DNA from: Flavobacteriales bacterium
Lineage (GTDB): Bacteria; Bacteroidota; Bacteroidia; Flavobacteriales; BACL11
Direction of reading: 5' to 3'
DNA: 64,000 bases
Assembly: GCA_045561575.1 (NCBI GenBank)
Contig: JBJKXM010000004.1
Coordinates: forward strand, 44,924-108,923
A program made the position numbers and the translations under genes. The notes below the pieces were generated by a model. The model saw only the letters and a program-made list of their open reading frames with translations. It was not told the DNA's origin and made no database searches. This document shows positions 38,269 through 47,288 of the stretch, piece by piece (within the stretch, counting starts at the first letter, position 1; each line of letters opens with the position of its first letter).

Positions 38269-39420
38269 ATGACAATAGGAATTATAGGCTCAGGAACAAT
38301 GGGTATTAGTATTGCTCATTTTACTTCATTAAAAAATCATAAAACAGTAGTTTATGATTCATCCAAAAAAGCATTAACTAAATCTCAAGAAGGTTTAGAT
38401 AAATTATTAGACAAACTTCATGCTAAGGATAAATATTCAAAAGAAGATATTAATAAAATAAAAAGCAATCTAAAGTTTACAAACAAAATAGAAGATCTAA
38501 AAAATTCTGAACTATTAATAGAAGCAATAATTGAAAATTTAGAAATTAAAAAAGAGGTTTTCTCTGAAATTGAAAAAATAGTAAGTAAAGAATGTATTAT
38601 TGCCTCAAATACCTCATCATTATCAATTACGGCACTTGCAAGTTCATTAAATTTAAATAATAGATTCATTGGACTACACTTTTTCAATCCTGCAAATCTA
38701 ATGCCACTAGTTGAGGTTATTCCAGCAATTCAAACATCTGAAAAAACAATCAAGAATTCTCAAGACCTTTTAAGAGAAATGGGTAAGGTTGTTGTTACTG
38801 CAAAAGATACACCAGGTTTTATTGTAAACAGAGTAGCTAGACCTTTTTACGGAGAAGCAATAAGAATATATGAAGAAGGTATTGCCAATTTTGCTACAAT
38901 AGATTGGGCATTAAAAGAATTTGGAGGGTTTAAAATGGGTCCATTTGAACTTATGGATTTTATTGGTAATGACATTAACTATACAGTTACAGAAACCGTT
39001 TTTAAAGAATTTTATTTTGACCCAAGATACAAGCCTTCATTTACCCAAAAAAAATTAAAAGAAGCTGGATATTATGGTAGAAAAAGTGGAATAGGTTTTT
39101 ATAATTATAAAAATGAAGAACCAAAGGAAATAAACAAAAACAGAGAGTTAGCTAAAAAAATAGTTTTAAGAATTTTATCAATGTTAATTAATGAAGCTGC
39201 AGATGCACTTTATCTAAACATAGCTTCCAAAGAAGATATTGATTTAGCTATGACAAAAGGTGTTAATTATCCAAAAGGTTTACTTTATTGGGCTGACGAA
39301 ATTGGAATAGAAACAGTACATACAACTTTAGTTTCACTTAAAAATAAATACAGTGAAGATAGATACAGGCCGTCCCCAATATTCCAAAATATGTTAAATC
39401 AAAACAAAAAATTTTATTAA
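38269..39420 (+). CDS. paaH: 3-hydroxyacyl-CoA dehydrogenase (PaaH-like)
   Basis: IGIIGSGTMG, ASNTSSLSIT, HFFNPA and PGFIVNR motifs. Confidence 0.8.
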   Translation: MTIGIIGSGTMGISIAHFTSLKNHKTVVYDSSKKALTKSQEGLDKLLDKLHAKDKYSKEDINKIKSNLKFTNKIEDLKNSELLIEAIIENLEIKKEVFSEIEKIVSKECIIASNTSSLSITALASSLNLNNRFIGLHFFNPANLMPLVEVIPAIQTSEKTIKNSQDLLREMGKVVVTAKDTPGFIVNRVARPFYGEAIRIYEEGIANFATIDWALKEFGGFKMGPFELMDFIGNDINYTVTETVFKEFYFDPRYKPSFTQKKLKEAGYYGRKSGIGFYNYKNEEPKEINKNRELAKKIVLRILSMLINEAADALYLNIASKEDIDLAMTKGVNYPKGLLYWADEIGIETVHTTLVSLKNKYSEDRYRPSPIFQNMLNQNKKFY

Positions 39421-39830
39421 TGTTATCTCCCTCTGATATAGTTAATAAAATGATGAGCAAGGATGCTTTTAGTAAGTGGCTTGGAATTAAAATATTAAAA
39501 ATAGAAAAAGGATATTGTCAACTGGAAATGAAAATTTCTGAAAGTATGACTAATGGATTTCAAATAGCACATGGAGGAATATGTTATTCATTGGCAGATA
39601 GTGCACTTGCTTTCGCTTCTAACTCTCATGGTAAAATGGCATTATCAATAGAAACATCTATATCTCACACCAAAAAAGTAAAGCTAAATGATACTTTAAT
39701 AGCTGAAACAGAAGAATTAAATTTAAATACAAAAACTGGATTGTATAATATTAAAATTAAAAATCAGAACTCGGAGGAAATAGCCTTCTTTAAAGGAACA
39801 GTATATTTTTCTGATAAGATTTGGAAATAA
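39420..39830 (+). CDS. paaI: hotdog-fold hydroxyphenylacetyl-CoA thioesterase
   Basis: NGFQIAHGGICYSLADSA motif in a 136-aa protein within the paa operon. Confidence 0.8.
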   Translation: MLSPSDIVNKMMSKDAFSKWLGIKILKIEKGYCQLEMKISESMTNGFQIAHGGICYSLADSALAFASNSHGKMALSIETSISHTKKVKLNDTLIAETEELNLNTKTGLYNIKIKNQNSEEIAFFKGTVYFSDKIWK

Positions 39831-39838
39831 AAAATTAA

Positions 39839-41041
39839 ATGAACACATATATAATTGATGCTATACGAACTCCAATAGGAAATTTTGGAGGAACATTAAA
39901 AGATGTAAGGACTGATGATCTCGCTGCAATTCCAATAAAAGAACTAATAAAGAGAACAAAGATTAATCCTGAAAAAATTAATGACGTTATTTTGGGTTGT
40001 GCAAATCAGGCTGGAGAGGATAATAGAAATATTGCAAGAATGGCATTATTATTGGCTGGACTACCTTTTAGTGTTCCAGGAGAAACAGTAAATAGACTAT
40101 GTGCATCTGGAATGTCAGCTATCATTAATGCTCATAGAGCAATTAAATCTGGAGATGGGGATCTTTTTATTGCTGGAGGAATAGAAAACATGACAAGAGG
40201 ACCATGGGTTTTTTCAAAAGCTTCAAAAGCATTTGGAAGAGATTCTCAAATGTTTGATTCATCTTTTGGATGGCGTTTTATAAATCCCAAGATGAAAGAA
40301 TTATATGGTACCGATGGAATGGGAACAACTGCTGAGAATCTTGCTGAAAAATTTAATATTTCAAGAGAAGATCAAGATCTTTTTGCATATAATTCACAAA
40401 AAAAAGCTTTTAGTGCCCAATCTTCTGGCAGATTTAGTGAAGAAATTGTAACTGTTAGCATTCCACAAAGAAAAAAAGAACCAATTCTCTTTAAAGATGA
40501 TGAATTTATTAAAGGAAATACATCTCTCGAAGTACTTGCTAAACTTAGAACAGCATTTAAAAAAGAAGGAGGAACAGTAACTGCTGGTAATGCTTCAGGA
40601 CTAAATGATGGGGCTGCTGCTATGTTATTAGCTTCAGATAAAGGAATTAAAGAAAATAACCTCTCTCCTATGGCAAAAATTTTAAGTTCAGCAGTTATTG
40701 GTGTTGAACCTAGAATAATGGGGATAGGTCCAGTTGAGGCTTCAAATATTGCTTTAAAAAGAGCTGGATTATCATTAGATGATATAGATATAATTGAGTT
40801 AAATGAAGCATTCTCTGCACAGGCTTTAGCTTGTATAAGATCTTGGGGATTAAAAGATGATGATTCTAGAATTAATCCAAATGGGGGTGCAATAGCACTT
40901 GGACATCCATTGGGGGTAAGTGGTACAAGAATAGTTCAAACAGCTGCGCTTGAGCTTCAAAAACAAAATAAAAAATATGCATTAATTACAATGTGTATCG
41001 GAGTAGGTCAAGGATATGCAACTGTAATAGAAAAAGTATAA
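39839..41041 (+). CDS. paaJ: 3-oxoadipyl-CoA/3-oxo-5,6-dehydrosuberyl-CoA thiolase
   Basis: Thiolase motifs NRLCASGMSA, NEAFSAQ, GGAIALGHPLG.SG and CIGVGQG. Confidence 0.9.
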   Translation: MNTYIIDAIRTPIGNFGGTLKDVRTDDLAAIPIKELIKRTKINPEKINDVILGCANQAGEDNRNIARMALLLAGLPFSVPGETVNRLCASGMSAIINAHRAIKSGDGDLFIAGGIENMTRGPWVFSKASKAFGRDSQMFDSSFGWRFINPKMKELYGTDGMGTTAENLAEKFNISREDQDLFAYNSQKKAFSAQSSGRFSEEIVTVSIPQRKKEPILFKDDEFIKGNTSLEVLAKLRTAFKKEGGTVTAGNASGLNDGAAAMLLASDKGIKENNLSPMAKILSSAVIGVEPRIMGIGPVEASNIALKRAGLSLDDIDIIELNEAFSAQALACIRSWGLKDDDSRINPNGGAIALGHPLGVSGTRIVQTAALELQKQNKKYALITMCIGVGQGYATVIEKV

Positions 41042-41042
41042 T

Positions 41043-41636
41043 ATGATTTATGAATTTAATGGGTATACTCCTGTAATTGATCCATCTTCTTATATTCACA
41101 AAGAAGCTACTATTATTGGTAACGTAATAATTGGTAAAAACGTTTATGTAGGCCCAGGGGCATCAATAAGGGGTGATTGGGGTAAAATTACTATTATGGA
41201 TGGATGTAACGTACAAGATAATTGTACTATTCATATTTTTCCTGGAAAGGATGTAATACTTGAAGAAAATGCTCACATTGGACATGGAGCAATAATTCAT
41301 GGAAGTCATATTGGAAAAAATACTTTAATTGGAATGAACTCAGTAATAATGGACGATGTAATAATTGGTGAAGAATGTATTATTGGAGCTTTATGTTTTG
41401 TTAAAGGTGAAATGAAAATTCCTAAAAGAAAAATTGTTGTAGGAAACCCTGCAGTAATAAAAGGAGAAGTTACTGATAATATGCTTGAATGGAAAAAACA
41501 AGGCACTAAACTTTATCAAAAATTACCTGATGAATGTAAAAATTTAATGTCAGAATGTAATCCACTTAGCAAAAAAGAAAAAAACAGAAAAGAAAAGCAA
41601 AAAATATCTTTTAAAACTTGGAAAAAAACAAAATGA
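41043..41636 (+). CDS. paaY: hexapeptide-repeat (gamma-carbonic-anhydrase-like) protein PaaY
   Basis: Left-handed beta-helix repeats and operon position. It has a Lys-rich C-terminal tail. Confidence 0.75.
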   Translation: MIYEFNGYTPVIDPSSYIHKEATIIGNVIIGKNVYVGPGASIRGDWGKITIMDGCNVQDNCTIHIFPGKDVILEENAHIGHGAIIHGSHIGKNTLIGMNSVIMDDVIIGEECIIGALCFVKGEMKIPKRKIVVGNPAVIKGEVTDNMLEWKKQGTKLYQKLPDECKNLMSECNPLSKKEKNRKEKQKISFKTWKKTK

Positions 41637-43672
41637 AAAATTACGAGAATTATGTATTAGGAAGTTGGATTAAAGGAGATGGAGATTTTAAATCACTACA
41701 TAATGCAATTACAGGAAAAATCATAGGACAAGCTTCAACCAAAGGACTTGATTTTAAAGATATTTTAAATTATGCAAGAAACGTTGGTGGACCTAATTTA
41801 AGAAAAATGACTTTTCAAGAAAGAGGTTTAATGCTTAAAAAGCTTGCTCTTCATTTACATGCAAAAAAAAATCTATTTTATCCAATTAGCTATTTAAGCG
41901 GTGCAACAAAAATTGACTCATGGATTGATATTGAAGGAGGTATAGGTAATCTTTTTACTAATGCTTCTTTAAGAAGACAATTTCCAGATCTCCCATTTCA
42001 CGTTGAAGGAAATGCTGCAGGACTTTCCAAAAATGGATCTTTTATTGGTCACCACATCATGGTTCCTAAGCAGGGAGCTGCTATACATATAAATGCATTT
42101 AATTTCCCAATTTGGGGAATGCTTGAGAAGATAGCTGTGAATTTAATGGCAGGAATGCCAGCAATCATTAAGCCTGCAACTATAACATGCTATTTAACTA
42201 ATGTTATGTTTGAAGAAATAATAAATTCAAAAATTCTTCCTGAAGGAAGCTTACAACTTATTTGTGGAAGTGCAAGAGGAATTCTTGATCATATTTCATC
42301 AGAAGATGTTGTTACATTTACCGGAAGCGCATCTACAGGAAAAAAATTAAAATCTCACCCAAATATTGTTGATAAAGCTGTTCCATTTAACATGGAAGCA
42401 GATTCTTTAAACTGCTCAGTTCTTGGAAAAGATTCTATTCCAGGGACAGCTGATTTTGATATTTTTATAAAAGAGGTTTTAAAAGAAATGACCGTAAAAG
42501 CTGGTCAAAAATGTACAGCAATTAGAAGAATTATTGTTCCAAGTGAATTAGTGAATGATGTAAATAAAGCACTATCATTAAAACTATCTAAAACTAGTAT
42601 TGGAGATCCTCAAGTTGAAGGTGTAAGAATGGGAAGTCTAGCTGGTAAAGAACAAGTTGAAGAAGTATCTGAAAAAATTAATCAACTAAGCAATTCTCAA
42701 AAAATCATATTCCAAAAAAATCTTGAGCTAGTTGGAGTAGAAAATGAAGATGGCGCTTTTATATCTCCTACTCTATTTTTAAATGAAAAACCATTTCAAA
42801 ATACAGATTGTCATGATATTGAGGCATTTGGTCCAGTAGCTACTATAATGCCCTATGATAATTTAGATGAAGCTATAGAACTTAGTAGGATGGGGAAAGG
42901 TTCATTAGTATCTTCAATTATTACAAATGATATGAAAACTGCTAATGAATTTGTTTTAGGTGCTGCCAGCTTGCATGGAAGAATTTTAGTGTTAAATGAA
43001 TCTTGTGCAAAAGAAAGTACTGGTCATGGATCTCCAATGCCACTACTTACCCATGGTGGTCCTGGACGAGCAGGAGGAGGTGAAGAAATGGGGGGTATAA
43101 GGGGAATAAAACATTATCTTCAAAGAACAGCTATTCAGGGTCATCCAACAACAATAACTGCAATAACAAAACAATATCAAGTAGGTGCAAAACAAAATAC
43201 TAAAGGTCCACATGTGTTTTACAAACATTTTGATGAAATAGAAATAGGAGACACTGTAATAACTGAAAAACATACTGTAACTCTTGATGATATTGAAAAT
43301 TTTGCAGATCTAAGTGGAGATAAGTTTTATGCACATATGGATGAAAATTCACTTGAAGACACTATCTTTACGGAAAGAGTTGCTCATGGATATTTTATCA
43401 TGTCTAAAGCAGCTGGATTATTTGTTAAGCCTGAAAAGGGTCCGGTTCTTTTAAATTATGGAATTGATGAATGTAGATTTACCAAACCTGTATACCCTGG
43501 AATGACAATTGGAGTAAAATTTACAGCAAAAGAAAAAATAGTGCAAGAAAAAAAAGAAGATGAAAATTTTGAAAAAGGAATTGTAAAGTTTTTAGTTGAT
43601 GTTTATGATGATGAAAATGAAACCGTAATGCTTGCAACTATATTAACAATGGTTAAAAAAAATAAAATATGA
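41633..43672 (+). CDS. paaZ: bifunctional oxepin-CoA hydrolase / 3-oxo-5,6-dehydrosuberyl-CoA semialdehyde dehydrogenase
   Basis: N-terminal ALDH domain (catalytic GQKCTAIRR) and a C-terminal MaoC hotdog domain (FADLSGDKFYAHMD). The ATG at 41633 overlaps the paaY stop as ATGA. Confidence 0.9.
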   Translation: MKNYENYVLGSWIKGDGDFKSLHNAITGKIIGQASTKGLDFKDILNYARNVGGPNLRKMTFQERGLMLKKLALHLHAKKNLFYPISYLSGATKIDSWIDIEGGIGNLFTNASLRRQFPDLPFHVEGNAAGLSKNGSFIGHHIMVPKQGAAIHINAFNFPIWGMLEKIAVNLMAGMPAIIKPATITCYLTNVMFEEIINSKILPEGSLQLICGSARGILDHISSEDVVTFTGSASTGKKLKSHPNIVDKAVPFNMEADSLNCSVLGKDSIPGTADFDIFIKEVLKEMTVKAGQKCTAIRRIIVPSELVNDVNKALSLKLSKTSIGDPQVEGVRMGSLAGKEQVEEVSEKINQLSNSQKIIFQKNLELVGVENEDGAFISPTLFLNEKPFQNTDCHDIEAFGPVATIMPYDNLDEAIELSRMGKGSLVSSIITNDMKTANEFVLGAASLHGRILVLNESCAKESTGHGSPMPLLTHGGPGRAGGGEEMGGIRGIKHYLQRTAIQGHPTTITAITKQYQVGAKQNTKGPHVFYKHFDEIEIGDTVITEKHTVTLDDIENFADLSGDKFYAHMDENSLEDTIFTERVAHGYFIMSKAAGLFVKPEKGPVLLNYGIDECRFTKPVYPGMTIGVKFTAKEKIVQEKKEDENFEKGIVKFLVDVYDDENETVMLATILTMVKKNKI

Positions 43673-44415
43673 AAAAAATTATACTAATATTTTTAATAAT
43701 ACCTAGCTTTTTAATAGGACAAAACGGACCGACTGCAAGTTTCATTTATAATCCAGTATGTCTTGGAACTAACATAGTATTAACAGATTTTTCATATCCT
43801 GATTTTAATACAAACTCTCCTATTGTGTCATGGGATTGGGAATATAATGGGAATATTATTTCGACTCAACAAAATGCAGATTATCTTTTTTCTCAGTGTG
43901 GACTTTACGATATTATTTTGACTGTTACAGACGCAGATGGTTTTTCAGATGACACTACTATTAATGTAGAAATATTTTGCCCACCAACAGCTGATTTTAT
44001 TAATGATGTTGTATGCTTTGGAGATCCAACAAACTTTGTTGATGTTTCATCACCAGGTGATGGAACTCCACCATTAAATTCTGGATCAACATGGATGTAT
44101 GTTTTTGGAGATGCGGACCCTCCAAATGCTGTAAATCCAAATTGCACTGCTACTTTTAACTATGCAGGTATACACCCTGTCACCTTTATTGTTTCTGAAA
44201 TTCAGTTTAACGGACAATATTGTATAGACTCCATTGTAAAAGATGTTCAAGTAGACTCATGTACTGTTGGGATAGAAAACATATTTAATGTTCAAAAGAA
44301 AAAAATTATTAATAACTATAATATATTAGGAAAATCCAGAAAAATTAATTCAAGAGATTTAAATATTATTATTTACAGTGATGGTACAGTAGAAAAAAAG
44401 ATAATAATTAAATAA
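43669..44415 (+). CDS. secreted PKD-like repeat protein with a T9SS-type C-terminal tail
   Basis: Signal peptide MKKIILIFLIIPSFLIGQ. Two PKD-like modules follow (PTASFIYNPVCLGT...WDWEYNG...GLYDIILTVTDADG and PPTADFINDVVCFGD...). The tail is ...YNILGKSRK...IIYSDGTVEKKIIIK. Its start overlaps the paaZ stop as ATGA, and the next gene starts 1 nt after its stop. Confidence 0.7.
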   Translation: MKKIILIFLIIPSFLIGQNGPTASFIYNPVCLGTNIVLTDFSYPDFNTNSPIVSWDWEYNGNIISTQQNADYLFSQCGLYDIILTVTDADGFSDDTTINVEIFCPPTADFINDVVCFGDPTNFVDVSSPGDGTPPLNSGSTWMYVFGDADPPNAVNPNCTATFNYAGIHPVTFIVSEIQFNGQYCIDSIVKDVQVDSCTVGIENIFNVQKKKIINNYNILGKSRKINSRDLNIIIYSDGTVEKKIIIK

Positions 44416-45171
44416 ATGGAAGGGTCAGTAGAACTAAATATCAATAACAATATTGGTACAATTGAATTTTACCATCCACAAAGTAATTCACTTCCTTCAA
44501 ACATACTAGAAAAGCTAGCAAAAACTATTGAAGAATGTGGCGATAATGATAATATTAGTGTTATTATTATGAAGAGCAAAGGAGATAGAGTATTCTGCGC
44601 AGGAGCTTCATTTGATGAACTTTCTAGCATCTCAAATTTTAATGAAGGTAAATCTTTTTTTATGGGTTTTGCTAATGTGATCAATGCTTGTAGAAAATGT
44701 CCAAAACTAATTATCTGTAGAGTTCAAGGAAAAGCAGTAGGTGGTGGTGTTGGAATGGCTTGTGCTGGTGATTATTGTTTTGCCACAAAATTCTCTGCAA
44801 TAAAGTTAAGTGAACTTGCAGTAGGGATTGGACCATTTGTAGTTGGACCTGCTGTAGAAAGAAAATCTGGACTGTCAGCATATTCAACATTATCAATAAA
44901 TGCAACCAAATGGTTTAGCGCTGAGTGGGCACAACAAAAGGGAATATATGCTGAAGTTTATGAATCTAACGATTTAATGGACGAGGCTATAAATAAGTTA
45001 GCTCATGAACTAGTAAATTCAAATCCTGAAGCCACTAAAAAATTAAAAGAAGTCTTTTGGGAAAATGCTAATAATTGGGATGAATTATTGAAAGAGAGAG
45101 CGGAATATAGTGGTCAATTAGTTCTCTCAGAATTTACAAAACAAGCCATAGCTAGATTCAAAAAAAAATAA
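44416..45171 (+). CDS. enoyl-CoA hydratase/isomerase family protein (possible PaaF role)
   Basis: Crotonase motifs (KGDRVFCAGASFDEL, GKAVGGGVGMACAGD). Confidence 0.7.
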   Translation: MEGSVELNINNNIGTIEFYHPQSNSLPSNILEKLAKTIEECGDNDNISVIIMKSKGDRVFCAGASFDELSSISNFNEGKSFFMGFANVINACRKCPKLIICRVQGKAVGGGVGMACAGDYCFATKFSAIKLSELAVGIGPFVVGPAVERKSGLSAYSTLSINATKWFSAEWAQQKGIYAEVYESNDLMDEAINKLAHELVNSNPEATKKLKEVFWENANNWDELLKERAEYSGQLVLSEFTKQAIARFKKK

Positions 45172-47226
45172 GTGGCAAACATTAAAAAAGAAATACTAGA
45201 AAAAGCATATCGTTTAATTTGCACTGCTCGTTCTCTAAGTTCAATTTATGAAGAGAATAAAGAAATAACATCAAAATACGTTCATGCAACGTCTAAAGGT
45301 CATGAAGTAATTCAAATTGCACTGGCATTACAATTAAAAAAACATGATTGGGTTTCACCATATTACAGAGACGATTCAATTTTACTTGGAATTGGGATAA
45401 AACCTTATGAACTTATGCTACAATTGATGTGTAAAAAAGATGATCCTTTCTCTGGAGGAAGAACATATTACTCTCATCCATCATTAAAGAGAGAAAATAT
45501 GCCAAAAATTATTCACCAATCATCTGCTACTGGAATGCAAGCAATACCAACAACCGGAATTGCACTAGGCTTGAGATATAAATTTAAAAATAACTTTAAA
45601 GATACAGAATTAGAAAAAAATCCTATTGTTGTATGCTCATTTGGTGATGCATCAATTACTGAAGGAGAAGTTGCTGAGGCATTCCAAATGGCATCTCTAA
45701 AAAAACTTCCAATTTTATATCTTGTGCAAGATAATGAATGGGATATTTCTGCTCATTCATCAGAAACAAGAGCAGTTGATGCTGCAACATATGCAAAAGG
45801 ATTCGGAATAAAAAGCTACTCTATTGATGGAACAAATTTTGAAGAATCATACAACATTATTTCTAAGTCAATTTCTGAAATAAGAAAAAATTCTTACCCA
45901 ATACTAATACACGCTAAAGTTCCTCTACTTAATCATCATACTTCTGGAGTGAGAATGGAATGGTATAGAGATGATCTTGAACAAGCAAAAAAAGATGATC
46001 CCTTTCCAAAACTTGAAAAATTACTAATTGATAATAATTTTCAAGAATCTAAATTAAATGAGATAAAAAAAGAAATTGATAAGGAAATTGTTGAAGAATT
46101 TAAAAAAGCAATGGAGGCTGCTGATCCAGAACCTGAAGATTTATTTAAATATAAATTTTCTCCAACTGATATAAATAAGGAAGTTGGTAATAGAAGCCCT
46201 GAAAACAAAGAGAGTATTTTTATGGTAGATGCAGGAATCTGTGCCATAAAAGAATTAATGGAAGATCATCCAGAATGTCTTTTATATGGGCAAGATGTTG
46301 GAAAAAGATTAGGAGGTGTATTTAGAGAAGCAGCAACACTTGGGGAGCATTTTGGAGATGAAAGAGTTTTTAATACTCCTATTCAGGAGGCATTTATAAT
46401 TGGAAGTACTGTAGGTATGTCTGCTATTGGTTTAAAACCTATAGTTGAAATTCAATTTGCTGATTATATTTGGCCAGGTCTGAACCAATTATTTACTGAA
46501 GTAAGTAGATCGTATTATCTTTCAAATGGAAAATGGCCTGTGAGTTGTGTTATTAGAGTTCCAACAGGGGCATACGGAAGTGGAGGGCCATATCACTCTT
46601 CATCTGTTGAATCTATACTAACAAATATCCACGGTATTAAAATAGCATACCCATCAAATGCAGCGGATTTAAAAGGGTTGTTGAAAGCTGCTTATTATGA
46701 CCCTAACCCAGTAGTAATACTTGAGCATAAAGGACTTTACTGGGGAAAAATAAAAGGAACTGAAGACACAAAAACAATTGAACCATCCAAGGATTATATT
46801 ATACCTCTTGGAAAGGCAATATCAGTTTTACAAGCAAATAAACAAAACATTGATTTAGGAAAAAGCTTGTGTATTATTACTTATGGAATGGGTGTTTACT
46901 GGGCTAAACAAGCAGCAAATAACTACAAAGGTCAAATAGAAATTATCGATCTTAGAAGTCTCTACCCTTTAGATGAAGAATATATCTACAGCAAAGTAAA
47001 AGAACATAGCAATTGTATTGTAGTAAGTGAAGAACCTAGTCAAAACTCATTTGCTCAATCGCTTGCATCAAAGATCTATAAAAACTGTTTTGAATTTCTA
47101 GATAATTCTATATCTGTTATAGGATCAGAAAATCTTCCAGCAATTCCTTTAAATTCAATTTTAGAAGAAAGAATGTTACCAAGTTCTAAAAAAATAGAAA
47201 TTGAAATAAAAAAGATCCTTGAATAA
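45172..47226 (+). CDS. fused E1 alpha/beta subunit of a TPP-dependent 2-oxoacid dehydrogenase
   Basis: GTG start directly after the upstream stop. The N-terminal half is E1-alpha-like (FGDASITEGEVAEAFQMA) and the C-terminal half is E1-beta-like (FNTPIQEAFIIGSTVGMS, IVEIQFADYIWPG). The protein is 684 aa. Confidence 0.8.
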   Translation: MANIKKEILEKAYRLICTARSLSSIYEENKEITSKYVHATSKGHEVIQIALALQLKKHDWVSPYYRDDSILLGIGIKPYELMLQLMCKKDDPFSGGRTYYSHPSLKRENMPKIIHQSSATGMQAIPTTGIALGLRYKFKNNFKDTELEKNPIVVCSFGDASITEGEVAEAFQMASLKKLPILYLVQDNEWDISAHSSETRAVDAATYAKGFGIKSYSIDGTNFEESYNIISKSISEIRKNSYPILIHAKVPLLNHHTSGVRMEWYRDDLEQAKKDDPFPKLEKLLIDNNFQESKLNEIKKEIDKEIVEEFKKAMEAADPEPEDLFKYKFSPTDINKEVGNRSPENKESIFMVDAGICAIKELMEDHPECLLYGQDVGKRLGGVFREAATLGEHFGDERVFNTPIQEAFIIGSTVGMSAIGLKPIVEIQFADYIWPGLNQLFTEVSRSYYLSNGKWPVSCVIRVPTGAYGSGGPYHSSSVESILTNIHGIKIAYPSNAADLKGLLKAAYYDPNPVVILEHKGLYWGKIKGTEDTKTIEPSKDYIIPLGKAISVLQANKQNIDLGKSLCIITYGMGVYWAKQAANNYKGQIEIIDLRSLYPLDEEYIYSKVKEHSNCIVVSEEPSQNSFAQSLASKIYKNCFEFLDNSISVIGSENLPAIPLNSILEERMLPSSKKIEIEIKKILE

Positions 47227-47264
47227 GTTTTTATATTTTGTATAATAAAATTATCAAATAGTTA

Positions 47265-47272
47265 TATATTTG
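47265..47272 (+). promoter_or_regulatory. -7 box (TAnnTTTG)
   Basis: tatatttg lies 16 nt upstream of the ATG at 47289. Confidence 0.45.
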
Positions 47273-47288
47273 TGCAATTATCTGATTA

